Part shown: positions 10,186 to 20,273 of the stretch, in pieces
How positions within the stretch are numbered: the first letter of the stretch is position 1
Layout of the letters: each line of letters starts with the position of its first letter
Assembly: GCA_041687695.1 (NCBI GenBank)
Contig: JAWLBL010000019.1
Coordinates: 96,001 to 160,000, forward strand
From: Myxococcota bacterium
GTDB taxonomy: Bacteria; Myxococcota_A; UBA9042; PHBI01; JAWLBL01
DNA: 64,000 nucleotides
Direction of reading: 5' to 3'
The notes under the pieces: model-generated
The model's input: the letters and a program-made list of their open reading frames with translations, nothing else
Told to the model about the DNA's origin: nothing
The model's database searches: none
Position numbers and translations under genes: made by a program

Positions 10186-11745
10186 ATGGCGGTAAAGGCA
10201 TCGGGAGTGGGGCTGGTCGGGATCGACGGCGTGCTCATCGAGGTGGAGATCGGCGCGCAGGACGGGCTGCCCGGACTGGACATCACGGGGTTGCCGGCGG
10301 CGAGCGTGCGCGAGGCGCGGTTTCGGGTGAAGTCGGCCTTCCGCCGCAGCGACTATCCGTGGCCCGAGGGGCGGCTCGTGGCGAACTTCGCGCCGGCGGA
10401 CCTGCCGAAGGCGGGGACGGCCTACGACCTGCCGCTGGCCATGGCGGTCCTCGCCTTCAGCCGCGAGTCGCTCCGCGCGCGCCTGGCCGACTTCGTCTTC
10501 TATGGCGAGCTGGCGCTCGACGGCAGCGTGCGTGAGGTGCCCGGCGCCGTGAACGCGGCGTTGGCCACGCGTGCCGGCGGGCGTCGCGCCCTGGTCGTGG
10601 GGCCCGGGAACGCCGACGAGGCCGCGGCCGTGCCGGGCATCGAGGTCTACGTCGCGGAGACCCTGTACGAGCTGGTCGAGGCCCTCGAGGGCCGAGCGTC
10701 GCTGCGGCGCGCCGAGCCGGTCTCCGAGGGCGAGGCGCGTCGGCCGACGCTGGATCTCGCCGACATCCGCGGACAAGCCAGGGCGCGGCGGGCGCTCGAG
10801 GTCGCCGCCGCGGGCGGGCACAATCTGCTGATGGTGGGCCCGCCGGGCTGCGGCAAGACGCTGCTGGCGCGGGCGATGGTCGGGATCCTGCCGCCGATGA
10901 GCCTCGAGGAGCGGCTCGAGGTCACGCGCATCCACAGCGTCAGCGGCCTGACGCGCGGCAGCCGCGGCCTCGCCAGCGTGCGGCCGTTTCGGGCGCCGCA
11001 CGCGACGGCCAGCTTCGCGGCCCTGGTCGGCGGCGGCAACCCGCCGCGCCCGGGCGAGCTGAGCCTGGCGCACCGGGGCGTCCTGTTCCTGGACGAGACC
11101 CCCGAGTTCAACCGCCTGGCGCTCGAGTCCCTGCGGGCGCCGCTCGAGGACCGCGCCGTCACCATCACCCGGGCGGCCCGCGCGGTGACCTTCCCGTCGG
11201 CCGTGTCGCTGGTCTGCGCCATGAACCCGTGTCCGTGCGGCCACAAGGACGACCCGACGCGGCCCTGCCGGTGCACGCGCGGGCAGGTCGAGGCCTACCG
11301 GTCGCGGCTCAGCGGGCCGCTGCTCGACCGCATGGACATCCAGGTCGCGCTCAGCCCCGTGCCGCCCGAGCTGTTGGCGCAGGCGACGCCGGGCGAGGCG
11401 TCGGAGCCGGTGCGGGAGCGGGTCATGGCGGCGCGCGAGCGGCAGCTGGCCCGGCGCGAGGAGGCCGGCGGGGCGGCGACCAACGCGGAGCTGGCGCCCG
11501 GCGCGCTCGAGCAGGTCGCCCCGCTCGGACGGGCCGAGCGCCGGCACCTCGCGAACGCCGCGCGGACGCTGGGGCTGACCGCGCGCAGCTGGCATCGGGT
11601 CATCAAGGTGGCCCGCACGGTCGCGGACCTCGAGGGGGCCGAGCGGGTGGACGCGCGGCACCTGTCGGAGGCGCTGACCTACCGGCTCTTCGAGCGCGAA
11701 GGGAGCGCGACCGCGCGGGGCGCCTTCGCGCCGCGCGGACGATGA
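10186..11745 (+). CDS. comM: ComM/YifB Mg-chelatase-like AAA+ ATPase
   Basis: [28 protein letters not shown], Walker [49 protein letters not shown]. Confidence 0.93.
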   Translation: MAVKASGVGLVGIDGVLIEVEIGAQDGLPGLDITGLPAASVREARFRVKSAFRRSDYPWPEGRLVANFAPADLPKAGTAYDLPLAMAVLAFSRESLRARLADFVFYGELALDGSVREVPGAVNAALATRAGGRRALVVGPGNADEAAAVPGIEVYVAETLYELVEALEGRASLRRAEPVSEGEARRPTLDLADIRGQARARRALEVAAAGGHNLLMVGPPGCGKTLLARAMVGILPPMSLEERLEVTRIHSVSGLTRGSRGLASVRPFRAPHATASFAALVGGGNPPRPGELSLAHRGVLFLDETPEFNRLALESLRAPLEDRAVTITRAARAVTFPSAVSLVCAMNPCPCGHKDDPTRPCRCTRGQVEAYRSRLSGPLLDRMDIQVALSPVPPELLAQATPGEASEPVRERVMAARERQLARREEAGGAATNAELAPGALEQVAPLGRAERRHLANAARTLGLTARSWHRVIKVARTVADLEGAERVDARHLSEALTYRLFEREGSATARGAFAPRGR

Positions 11746-11837
11746 GGGTGGCCGACCGACCGGCGCGCTCGACGGGCGAGCGGCCGAGATCGCGTCAGGC
11801 CGAAACGGGTCGCTTCGGCGGCCGGAGGGAGTGGGCG

Positions 11838-12416
11838 ATGAAGAAGGGCAGCAACCTCGACAAGCTCAAGGATCTCATGGGCATGGTCGACAAGAAGTTC
11901 GGCAAGGGGACCATCATGAACATGGACGATCAGGACAGCGCCAAGGTGAAGGTGTTCTCGACGGGCTCGCTGGGCCTCGACGCGGCGCTGGGCGTGGGCG
12001 GCCTGCCGGTCGGGCGCGTCATCGAGATCTACGGGCCCGAGTCCTCGGGCAAGACGACCCTGTGCCTGCACGCGGTCGCCGAGGTGCAGCGCGCGGGCGG
12101 GACCGCGGCGATCATCGACGCCGAGCACGCCCTGGATCTGTCGTACGCCGCGTCCCTGGGCGTGGACACCTCGCGCATGCTCGTCAGCCAGCCCGACTGC
12201 GGCGAGCAGGCGCTCGAGATCGCCGAGATGCTGACCCGCAGCGACGAGATCGACCTCGTGGTCGTGGACTCCGTGGCCGCCCTGACGCCTCGCGCCGAGA
12301 TCGAAGGCGAGATGGGCGACAGCCACGTCGGCCTGCAGGCCCGCCTGATGAGCCAGGCCCTGCGCAAGCTGACCGGCTCGGCCAGCAAGCACGGGACGAC
12401 CGTCATCTTCATCAAC
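11838..12416 (+). pseudogene. recA: recA 5' fragment (codons 1-193), interrupted by prophage
   Basis: [71 protein letters not shown]; RecA similarity stops abruptly after ATCAAC at 12416. Confidence 0.97.
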
Positions 12417-12437
12417 GAAAACCGTGGGTCTGGAAGA
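12411..12437. other. Left att junction (core ATCAAC + phage arm gaaaACCGTgggtcTGGAAGA)
   Basis: Phage arm is an imperfect inverted repeat of the arm at 47698-47716. Confidence 0.9.
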
Positions 12438-12682
12438 TGGTTGGGACTCCACCGTTCTCCGGTTTCGGCTGGTCGTCTAACCCGCGCAGTCGATTGCGCG
12501 ACCCGATCCCACTACGATCGGTGGTGACCGAGCCCAACCTCGACCCTGTCAACCCAACGAACCGTAACCCCCCGAAAGGAATACCAAGGGCTATCGGGGT
12601 CATGAGGGTGAACTTGACACCGTCACCCAGGCCGGGGTTCTTGGCCCCCATGCGTGGATGAGGAGAGAGGAGCCTCCAGTCG

Positions 12683-13138
12683 ATGACCAACGAAGAGCCC
12701 AGACTTGATCCGCTATCTCCGATTCAGAGAAGCGAGCGGATGTCAAGGGTTCGTTCGGGGAACACGAAGCCCGAGCTCGTGGTCCGCCGCATGGTTCATG
12801 CGATGGGGTACCGCTACCGCATCCACGGCAAGCGCGGGAAGACGCGACTTCCTGGCTCGCCCGACCTGGTCTTCGGTCCGAGGAGGAAGGTCGTCTTCGT
12901 GCATGGGTGCTTCTGGCATCGGCACGAGGGATGCCCCAACGACCGTCCGCCGAAGTCGCGCCAGGACTTCTGGCTCCCCAAGCTCGAGGCCAACCGTCAA
13001 CGCGACGAGGTCAACCTCAAGCTCCTGTGCGAGCTGGGGTGGGAGAGCCTGGTGGTATGGGAGTGCGAGCTGAAGAACCTTCCCGCTCTGGAGGAGAGGC
13101 TTCGGACCTTCATCGAAGGGAAAGCTGGTCGAGCATGA
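12683..13138 (+). CDS. vsr: Very short patch repair endonuclease
   Basis: RSERMSRVRSGNTKPEL, LPGSPDLVF, VFVHGCFWHRH, FWLPKLEANRQRD, LVVWECE. Confidence 0.93.
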   Translation: MTNEEPRLDPLSPIQRSERMSRVRSGNTKPELVVRRMVHAMGYRYRIHGKRGKTRLPGSPDLVFGPRRKVVFVHGCFWHRHEGCPNDRPPKSRQDFWLPKLEANRQRDEVNLKLLCELGWESLVVWECELKNLPALEERLRTFIEGKAGRA

Positions 13139-14334
13139 GAGCGGTCGAGTTGTTTGCGGGCGCGGGCGGTCTGGGGATCGGCACCGGTCGAGCGGGCTTC
13201 AAGCACGAGGTGGTGGTCGAGTGGGACCACGACGCCTGCGAGACGGTGCGCCACAACCAGCGGCGCCAGGTGCCTGACGTCCAGGGGTGGTCGGTCTTCG
13301 AGGGCGACGTACGGGCCTTCGACTTCGGGACCGTCGCGCCAGGCGTAACGCTGGTTTCGGGCGGTCCGCCCTGTCAGCCCTTCAGCCTGGGCGGCAAGCA
13401 TCGCGCCTTTAAGGACTCGAGGGACATGTTCCCGATGGCGGCCGAGGTCGTGCGTCAGCTGCGACCGGAAGTCTTCATCTTCGAGAATGTCAAGGGTCTT
13501 CTTCGAGAGGCCTTCTCGACCTACTTCGGCTACGTCATCCTCCGGCTCACTTATCCCGAGATGGTTCGCAAGGATCGAGAGGAGTGGCAGGACCACCTGG
13601 CCCGGCTCGAGCGACACCACACGGGCCCGCGACATGATGATGGTCTCCACTACCGGGTGGTCCACCAGCTCCTGAACGCGGCCGACTTCGGTGTTCCGCA
13701 GAGTCGGGAGCGGGTCTTCATCGTCGGGTTCAGGTCGGACCTACAGATGGAGTGGTCCTTCCCTCGAGCGACGCACTCGGCCGAGGCCCTGCTCCACAGC
13801 CAGTGGGTGACCGGCGAGTACTGGGACCAACACAAGATCTCGAAGAAGCGCCGACCTCAGCAGCCGACCCGGTACGCCGGCCGCATCACGCGCCTGAAGT
13901 CCACCGAGCCCGCCTGTCTTCAGTCGAGGTGGCTGACGGTTCGCGACGCCATCTGCGACCTGCCCGACCCTGAGCGCGAACCGCTGCTGGCTCAAGGAGT
14001 GCTGAACCACCGGTTCAACCCTGGAGCTCGGTCGTACCCAGGCCACACGGGCTCGCCTTGGGACTGGCCAGCCAAGACCCTGAAGGCGGGTGACCACGGA
14101 GTTCCGGGTGGTGAGAACATGCTGGCCCGAGAGGACGGCACGGTCCGGTACTTCACTGTCCGGGAGTCGGCGAGGCTCCAGACGTTCCCGGACAACTACG
14201 AGTTCCAGGGCTCGTGGTCGGAGGCGATGCGCCAGCTGGGCAACGCCGTCCCGGTCAAGCTCGCCCAAGCGGTCGCCGACTCGGTTCGATCCCACCTAGA
14301 GGATCGGAAAGCGGGTGGTCGAGGTGAGGCGTGA
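13135..14334 (+). CDS. DNA (cytosine-5) methyltransferase
   Basis: ATGA overlap with vsr; motif I FAGAGG, motif IV GGPPCQPFS, motif VI ENVKG, motif VIII QSRERVFIVG, motif X QLGNAVP. Confidence 0.95.
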   Translation: MRAVELFAGAGGLGIGTGRAGFKHEVVVEWDHDACETVRHNQRRQVPDVQGWSVFEGDVRAFDFGTVAPGVTLVSGGPPCQPFSLGGKHRAFKDSRDMFPMAAEVVRQLRPEVFIFENVKGLLREAFSTYFGYVILRLTYPEMVRKDREEWQDHLARLERHHTGPRHDDGLHYRVVHQLLNAADFGVPQSRERVFIVGFRSDLQMEWSFPRATHSAEALLHSQWVTGEYWDQHKISKKRRPQQPTRYAGRITRLKSTEPACLQSRWLTVRDAICDLPDPEREPLLAQGVLNHRFNPGARSYPGHTGSPWDWPAKTLKAGDHGVPGGENMLAREDGTVRYFTVRESARLQTFPDNYEFQGSWSEAMRQLGNAVPVKLAQAVADSVRSHLEDRKAGGRGEA

Positions 14335-14935
14335 ACCCGTCTTCAACCCGCTGGACAAGCGACACCTGGGCGAGAGCGTAGCCGAGGCGACGCTTCATCG
14401 GCCAGTCGGACCTCTTCCGCCCGAGGAGCCGTTCATCGCGGCGGGCGTGTATGCGATCTACTACGCTGGCGACTTTCCGGTTTACGAGCGCATCGCCGAG
14501 CGGAACCGAGAGGGGCGGTTCGAGGTCCCGATCTACGTCGGCAAGGCAGTGCCGGCTGGTGCTCGACGAGGCGGGTTCGGGCTCGGTGCTGACCCTGGAC
14601 AGGTCCTGTTCCGACGCTTGTGCGAACATGCCGAGTCCATCAGGGCGACACCAACTCTGGACATCGATGACTTCTACTGCCGGTACCTGGCGGTCGACGA
14701 CATCTGGATTCCGCTCGCGGAGTCAATGCTGATTGAGATGTTCCAGCCCCTCTGGAACCGGGTGGTCGACGGGTACGGGAACCACGACCCTGGACGCGGG
14801 CGACACGGCCAACAACGGTCCGCGTGGGACGTACTCCATCCTGGGCGGGTCTGGGCCGATAGGCTTCAGCCCGGCCGGGACATGGTCGACATCATCATGG
14901 ACATCAACGCCTACGTCGCAGGCAGAGGTTGGTAA
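14315..14935 (+). CDS. Eco29kI-family (GIY-YIG) type II restriction endonuclease
   Basis: GVYAIYY...PIYVGKAVP, RLCEH, IPLAESMLI, PLWN, GYGNHDPG; adjacent to C5-MTase. Confidence 0.85.
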   Translation: MVEVRREPVFNPLDKRHLGESVAEATLHRPVGPLPPEEPFIAAGVYAIYYAGDFPVYERIAERNREGRFEVPIYVGKAVPAGARRGGFGLGADPGQVLFRRLCEHAESIRATPTLDIDDFYCRYLAVDDIWIPLAESMLIEMFQPLWNRVVDGYGNHDPGRGRHGQQRSAWDVLHPGRVWADRLQPGRDMVDIIMDINAYVAGRGW

Positions 14936-15432
14936 GCATGCCAGCAGAAGAAGCAGGGCTACATCCTGCGCTGATTGCGGCCCTCATCTCAGCGGGAGTT
15001 ACGCTGTTTGTTGGTCCTCTGACTGCCGCATTCGTGACTCGTCGCGCTAACGGAAAGGCCCGAACGGCTGATCTGACTTTGCGATTATATGAGAGATACG
15101 CGGCCATATTGCCCGATCTCGCGGTGATCGTATCGGCGATGCGGGACCAGAACCTGACACCAGAGACATACGAGAAGTACCTTCATACGCGAAAGATTCT
15201 CCTGCTCGAAGAAGTCGGAGCCTTGGTTAAGCACAAGCGCTTGGACGATGCCCTTGTAAAGGAGCTGTTTCGCCAGCCGGTGAAGAAGGACGTCGTCCCC
15301 TGGCTCGAGGAAAAGACCGACGGCTACAAGATCGATATCAAACTCGGTGAGCAGAGAAGGGAAAGGTTCAAGATTCTCGGTCGAACTGTCGGTGTCCAAC
15401 TACAGTTCCCGGCAGTAGGGGCTGCAGAGTAG
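14929..15432 (+). CDS. Hypothetical membrane-anchored protein (low-GC cargo)
   Basis: 167-aa ORF with N-terminal hydrophobic helix; visibly lower GC. Confidence 0.55.
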   Translation: MVSMPAEEAGLHPALIAALISAGVTLFVGPLTAAFVTRRANGKARTADLTLRLYERYAAILPDLAVIVSAMRDQNLTPETYEKYLHTRKILLLEEVGALVKHKRLDDALVKELFRQPVKKDVVPWLEEKTDGYKIDIKLGEQRRERFKILGRTVGVQLQFPAVGAAE

Positions 15433-15474
15433 GTCGAGTAGCAGGGGCATCGATAGACGAAGGAGCCTTCGGTA

Positions 15475-16287
15475 ATGGAACGTCTATACGCCCGCATCTG
15501 GCTGCACCTCCCGAAGTATGTGGCCGCGATTCTGATCTTCATCGAGGTCGCGATCCTTGTCGGAGGGAACGCGACTTGGGCGTATTCGAGCGCTGCTTGG
15601 GAGTGGTTTCGGGCCAATACTGATGGCGGGACGAGGCTCCTCATACTGTTCTCAAGCGGGCTGGCGATTTGCGGTTTGGGAGTCTTCGTCGCCTTGCTGC
15701 TTCGAGAGGGGCTGGCGGCCGTGACCATAGGCCTCTCGAGGGCGGTGCTGACATCTCGGCCCCGGTGGGTGGCATCATTCCCAGGCGTGCTCTTGCCTCG
15801 CTCCGCCCAGGTGGTTCGGCTCCTCAACAAGGACAAGCAGTTCCTGGTCGACTACGTGGTTGCACGATCGGCGACCCAGCCGGACACATCTCAAGAGCAG
15901 GAGAAGTTTGTCCGGGACCTGATGACCAGAATCTCGAAGTCCCTCATGAAACCAGAGCATCACGAGTTCATCGCGGAACTCGCGCATGCCACGAGCTTGA
16001 CCCAGGACCAGCGCAAGTACGAACTGCTTGAAGACCAGATGCGCACGTTCGAGATGTTCGGCGCGGCCTTGCTGCTCTACGTCTGGATTTCGGCGCTGGG
16101 TTATCCTGGGGCAGCGCGAAGCACGGCAGGCGCTCTACTCGTTTTCGTCCTGCTCTGCCTGCTGATAGCCGCTTGGATGCGTCTACGGCGCAGGCTGGTG
16201 CGGGTGCTGGCCTGGGCGTACATCGAGATCTTCGTCGTGGCCGAGGGCGCCGACATCGAAGATCGAGAAGGCGAGGGCCCTCTCTGA
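15475..16287 (+). CDS. Hypothetical multi-pass membrane protein (cargo)
   Basis: RBS AAGGAG; two pairs of hydrophobic helices flanking a soluble segment. Confidence 0.6.
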   Translation: MERLYARIWLHLPKYVAAILIFIEVAILVGGNATWAYSSAAWEWFRANTDGGTRLLILFSSGLAICGLGVFVALLLREGLAAVTIGLSRAVLTSRPRWVASFPGVLLPRSAQVVRLLNKDKQFLVDYVVARSATQPDTSQEQEKFVRDLMTRISKSLMKPEHHEFIAELAHATSLTQDQRKYELLEDQMRTFEMFGAALLLYVWISALGYPGAARSTAGALLVFVLLCLLIAAWMRLRRRLVRVLAWAYIEIFVVAEGADIEDREGEGPL

Positions 16288-16293
16288 AGAAGC

Positions 16294-16713
16294 TTACTCC
16301 TCAGGCTCCGTCAGCTTCTTCCTGACCTTGGTCAGCGCCAGGTCGATCGCGGCGTCAATCCTCATCTGAGCACGCTGGTCAGCTCTCACGTGCCGCAGGT
16401 GACCGTTCTGATACACCTCGTTGGCCAACGCGACCCGGCCCATCAGTGAGTCGACCGCGTCCTCGATCGAGTGGAGCGAGGCCGGCGTCGTGACCATCTC
16501 GATCTCAGGGTCGTACTCGAAGCAGGTGTGCTGGTCCGGTCCGTCGAAGGCGTCGATCCACTCGGGCGGTGGGGTGCGGGAGAGCTTGATGGCCAGCAGG
16601 ACGTTGAAGCCGTCGTAGACAGGAGCGCTGTAGAGCTCGCGGTCGATGGGCTCGATCTTCACGTCGTCAGCGATCAGGGTGATGGGTGTCCAGGTCGACA
16701 TGGTGGACTCCAT
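16294..16713 (-). CDS. Hypothetical protein
   Basis: 139-aa ORF with plausible codon usage, convergent with upstream gene. Confidence 0.5.
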   Translation of the reverse strand: MESTMSTWTPITLIADDVKIEPIDRELYSAPVYDGFNVLLAIKLSRTPPPEWIDAFDGPDQHTCFEYDPEIEMVTTPASLHSIEDAVDSLMGRVALANEVYQNGHLRHVRADQRAQMRIDAAIDLALTKVRKKLTEPEE

Positions 16714-16881
16714 TGTTCAGTGCGTGTTCGGCATCGATATGGTCCGAATGTGACTCGGCTGAGTAGCCAAGGCAAACTGTAGTCGCACTGGCTCCGCAGA
16801 CCAACGCCTTCGATGGGCGCGGCTGCTTGCATCTCAGGAAGTCTCTCCTCCGTTCCAAGGAACGGGACTACCCATCCACAA

Positions 16882-17385
16882 TCACTTCTTGATAACGTCC
16901 CTTTCCACTTCGTCCGCTGCAGCAGATACCTCCGTCAAGTAAAAGCTCGGAAGCTCCTCGTTTGCGAACGTGACTTCTTGCCCGTCTTCAATTCGGGATG
17001 TGGTGGTTCCATATGAAATCACTACCTTCGAGCGAGTACCGGTTGCCGCTGGAGTGAGCGAAGTTGGCCGTGGTGGGCTCGAATCGAGCTTCTGTTTGAG
17101 CGCTTCGTATCGCAGTTCAAGTTCCATCAGCTTAGTCTTTTCGTTGCTTCGCTTGCTAAAATCTGCCCTGATTGCGCGAGCAATCCCGGTAGAAATCAAG
17201 CTGGCCGACACCGCAGCAAAGATGATGGCCAATTCGACCAGCGACTTCGGAGCGCCCTCACCGGAAACTGTCCCGCCATACACCAGGAATGTGGTGCCGA
17301 CTATCGCCAATATCGGGACCACGCCACCAATTATTCCGATACCGGCTGCAAGTAAGTTGATTTGAAGCGGAGTGGACGGTCTCAT
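16882..17385 (-). CDS. Hypothetical two-TM protein (low GC)
   Basis: Two hydrophobic helices then coiled coil; ATG overlaps stop of the gene ending at 17382. Confidence 0.5.
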   Translation of the reverse strand: MRPSTPLQINLLAAGIGIIGGVVPILAIVGTTFLVYGGTVSGEGAPKSLVELAIIFAAVSASLISTGIARAIRADFSKRSNEKTKLMELELRYEALKQKLDSSPPRPTSLTPAATGTRSKVVISYGTTTSRIEDGQEVTFANEELPSFYLTEVSAAADEVERDVIKK

Positions 17386-17858
17386 TTAAGCATCCTACGG
17401 AGCAGTGCCTTCAGGAAATCCACGAGACCGCCGTAAAAGAGTCCCTTCACGAGGGCCATGCTGAGGCTCTCGCCGGCCAAGGCCGCGACAATCGGGCCAG
17501 CGGTCATGCCCGAAAAGGAGCCGACAAGCAAGTCATGGAGCAACCCTTCAGGCTCGGTCTTGGCGAGCCGGGCTGTGACAGCCTTGAGCCCCCGAGGGAA
17601 GAAGGCGTCAAGGATCTGATCCGTACGCTTGACATGGTCGTTGATCTTCGCATGCAGCGCGTCGATCTCCTGGGGTGAGGCGGCTGTAGTGAGATCGTCC
17701 CTCAACTGGTCGATGTCCGAATCGATCTGATCGAGCACAAAACTTTGCTCGGGCGAAGCCTTACGGCGCGCTTCGTTCAGCCGACGTCTCAGTCCGCTGA
17801 GCGCCGTGCGGCCTTCATCCACCTTCGTGACGGGCCTTGGTCTAGCCGGAACTGTCAT
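17382..17858 (-). CDS. Hypothetical protein
   Basis: Helical ORF with hydrophobic C-terminus; start uncertain. Confidence 0.45.
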   Translation of the reverse strand: MTVPARPRPVTKVDEGRTALSGLRRRLNEARRKASPEQSFVLDQIDSDIDQLRDDLTTAASPQEIDALHAKINDHVKRTDQILDAFFPRGLKAVTARLAKTEPEGLLHDLLVGSFSGMTAGPIVAALAGESLSMALVKGLFYGGLVDFLKALLRRMLK

Positions 17859-18086
17859 GGTCGGGCAACCGATCGTCCATGCCCATCGGGTCGTGCCAGC
17901 CGCTCCCCGCGTGCTGGCACGTACCACCGCCCCTCGGTGCTGGTGCGATCCTTACCAAGAACTCGGCTCGACGCAAGCGACCCGCCACGGCGAGCCCGCG
18001 CAATCGGATTGCGCGACCGGAGACTTGACTAACGCGGGCATCCGTGATCCGGTCGGACGTCTCGATCACGATCACGGAGGCTCAAC

Positions 18087-19055
18087 ATGGTCCCCCCCTA
18101 CCTGCTCCCGATCCTGCTCTTCCTTGGTTCCGACCTAGACCACGTTGTATCGCATGATCCTGCGACGCACCTCTGCCGGGAAGGAGGGGAGCCTAGGCAG
18201 TACCCTCTTGAGGGCAAGAGGGACGCGATACATGCATGTATCAAGGAAGCGACTGTGAAGCGACACAGCTGTCCTGCCAAGACCGAGAAGCGGGTGAGCT
18301 ACGATCCTCAGGACGGGACCTTCGGGGTGTGGTGCGCAGATGATCGAGGACGTCGCCAGGGGCTCGAGGTCTCCTGGGCGGTCGACCATCAGCGCCGTTG
18401 GGAGTTCGAGTGGAAGGACGATCATAACCTGGTGCGGAGGTGGTGGAAGGACGGCCACCTCACGGCGATCGACTGTTTCGACGAGCACCGGAACGAAGTC
18501 CTGTGCCCCTGCCCGAAGGGAACCGAGAAAGTCTCGGATGGCGACCTATCTACTGAGTGGTGCGCTGATCGTCGCGGGAGGCGGACCGGGCCGATCGTCA
18601 CCTGGAGCGCTGGCAAGGGGGACGCCAAGTTCATCGCCGAGTCGGGCTACTACCTGAACGACAAGCGAGATGGCCTGTGGACCAGCTACACCTTCCTGGA
18701 AGGTAGGCTGACGTCGGCTGGCCACTACCGGGCGGGGAAGAAGGAAGGTCTGTGGCGCACCTTCCACGAGGACGGCTCAGTTGAGTGGGAGGCCACCTAC
18801 TCGCGTGGTCGATTCGAGGGAGTCATGCGCAAGTGGCACGCCAACGGCCAGCTCGCGAAGGAGCGGAGCCATCGTAGAGGCAAGATCGTAGGGACGGTAC
18901 GGACCTGGCATGAGAACGGGCAGCTCGCTTCCGAGGTGATGGTCCGCAAAGGTCGAGCCCACGGGCAGCGACGCTACTACGATGAGGACGGAGTGCTGAT
19001 CAGGACCGAGTGCTGGGTTGGCGGTCGGCAGGCGCCGTGTAAGCTTGAACCGTGA
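18087..19055 (+). CDS. Exported MORN-variant repeat protein (YwqK-like antitoxin/immunity family)
   Basis: RBS GGAGG; signal-like N-terminus; repeats GKKEGLWRTFHEDG, GRFEGVMRKWHANGQL, GTVRTWHENGQL. Confidence 0.75.
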   Translation: MVPPYLLPILLFLGSDLDHVVSHDPATHLCREGGEPRQYPLEGKRDAIHACIKEATVKRHSCPAKTEKRVSYDPQDGTFGVWCADDRGRRQGLEVSWAVDHQRRWEFEWKDDHNLVRRWWKDGHLTAIDCFDEHRNEVLCPCPKGTEKVSDGDLSTEWCADRRGRRTGPIVTWSAGKGDAKFIAESGYYLNDKRDGLWTSYTFLEGRLTSAGHYRAGKKEGLWRTFHEDGSVEWEATYSRGRFEGVMRKWHANGQLAKERSHRRGKIVGTVRTWHENGQLASEVMVRKGRAHGQRRYYDEDGVLIRTECWVGGRQAPCKLEP

Positions 19056-19061
19056 TAGGAC

Positions 19062-19487
19062 GTGGATACCGGTCCAAAGATGAACTCGCCAAAGCAGACC
19101 AGGGTCAGGATCCACAACCTGGCCGACACCATCCGGACCGGCTGGTACGAGCTCGCGTTGCTCATGGCCGAGGCGAAGGAGCGTGAGCTGTACCGCGACT
19201 GGGGGTACGAGGACTACCTCGCCTGGGCGAGCGAGGAGCTCGGGTACCAGAAGCGGATCACCCAGTACATGGTCGCGGTCGCGGAGCACTTCGGGACCGC
19301 GAGCCCCAAGGTCCAACAGTGGATCGCCGAGATCGGGGTGGCGAAGGCCAAGGAGCTGATCGGGCTGGTCGACGAGAAGAACCTCGTCCGCTGGCAGCGT
19401 GAGCTCCGAGAGGCCAATACCCCAATGGTGGCCGCTATCGCTCGAGCGGTGCGGGAGACCCTTGCCGAGCCCGAACCAGCGCAGTGA
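19062..19487 (+). CDS. Hypothetical protein, possibly DNA-binding
   Basis: 141-aa ORF, LYRDWGYEDYLAWASEELG segment. Confidence 0.55.
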   Translation: MDTGPKMNSPKQTRVRIHNLADTIRTGWYELALLMAEAKERELYRDWGYEDYLAWASEELGYQKRITQYMVAVAEHFGTASPKVQQWIAEIGVAKAKELIGLVDEKNLVRWQRELREANTPMVAAIARAVRETLAEPEPAQ

Positions 19488-20062
19488 CCTCGTCGATCAG
19501 GTCGGCCGCATGAGCCGCGATCCCGCTCGGGTCGCCCATCTCACGGAGGGTGCCGGCCCTCAGGTCGAGCGCGACCTCGAGCTCAGCCAGCAGAGACGTC
19601 ACGGTATCGAGCTGTTCAGTCATAACAGGTCTCCTGGGGCTGGCTGTGGGTGAAGGCACGGGATAGCGGACGGTATCAAGTGCCCAGGTCGGCCAGAGCA
19701 GAGATGAGCCGCTTCCGAATGTGGGGGTCCTCGACCACGGGCCCGATGTAGCGGACGCCCGGGACGACCGGCTCGGGCTCAGGCTCGGGGCGGACGACGC
19801 GCAGGTGGCCACGGCGAACCAGGCTGGCGATGCGGGCAAGGGTCGGGTGGATCGCGGTGGCGGGCTGGGTCATGGGCGTGGCGTCCTCGCGCGCGGCGTT
19901 CTTCTTGGCGTGTGGCCCTTCGGGCCTTTGACGAGATCTACCCCGGGTCCGGAGCTCGGTGCAAGTGATTGCACTTTTCAACGGAAGTGCCAACTCGGCG
20001 CGAGCGTCAGCTCGCCCCCTCTAGGTCCCTCTCTTTCAACCTCTCTCCTCTCTTTCTATGGG

Positions 20063-20145
20063 GTCTCATCTGGGGGACGAAACCGTCTCATCTGGGGGAC
20101 GGACCGTCTCATCTGGGGGACGCTGACCGTCTCATCTGGGGGACG
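20063..20145. repeat. Four identical 17-bp direct repeats GTCTCATCTGGGGGACG (iteron-like)
   Basis: Copies start at 20063, 20085, 20106, 20129 (periods 22, 21, 23 bp). Confidence 0.9.
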
Positions 20146-20273
20146 CTTTGACTCTGAGGAGGAACTTGTCACCCGTGACCGGAGGAGGCTACTCTCGTCG
20201 AGTAGACAAAGAAAAACCCCGGCAGGCTGCTTTGGTCGGTCGCCTACCGGGGTCAAAAGGAAAAGAAACTGAT

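Noticed and set aside
20063..20145. CRISPR array
   Set aside because: Repeats are 17 bp with only 4-6 bp between them, and there are no cas genes; an iteron or operator array fits better.
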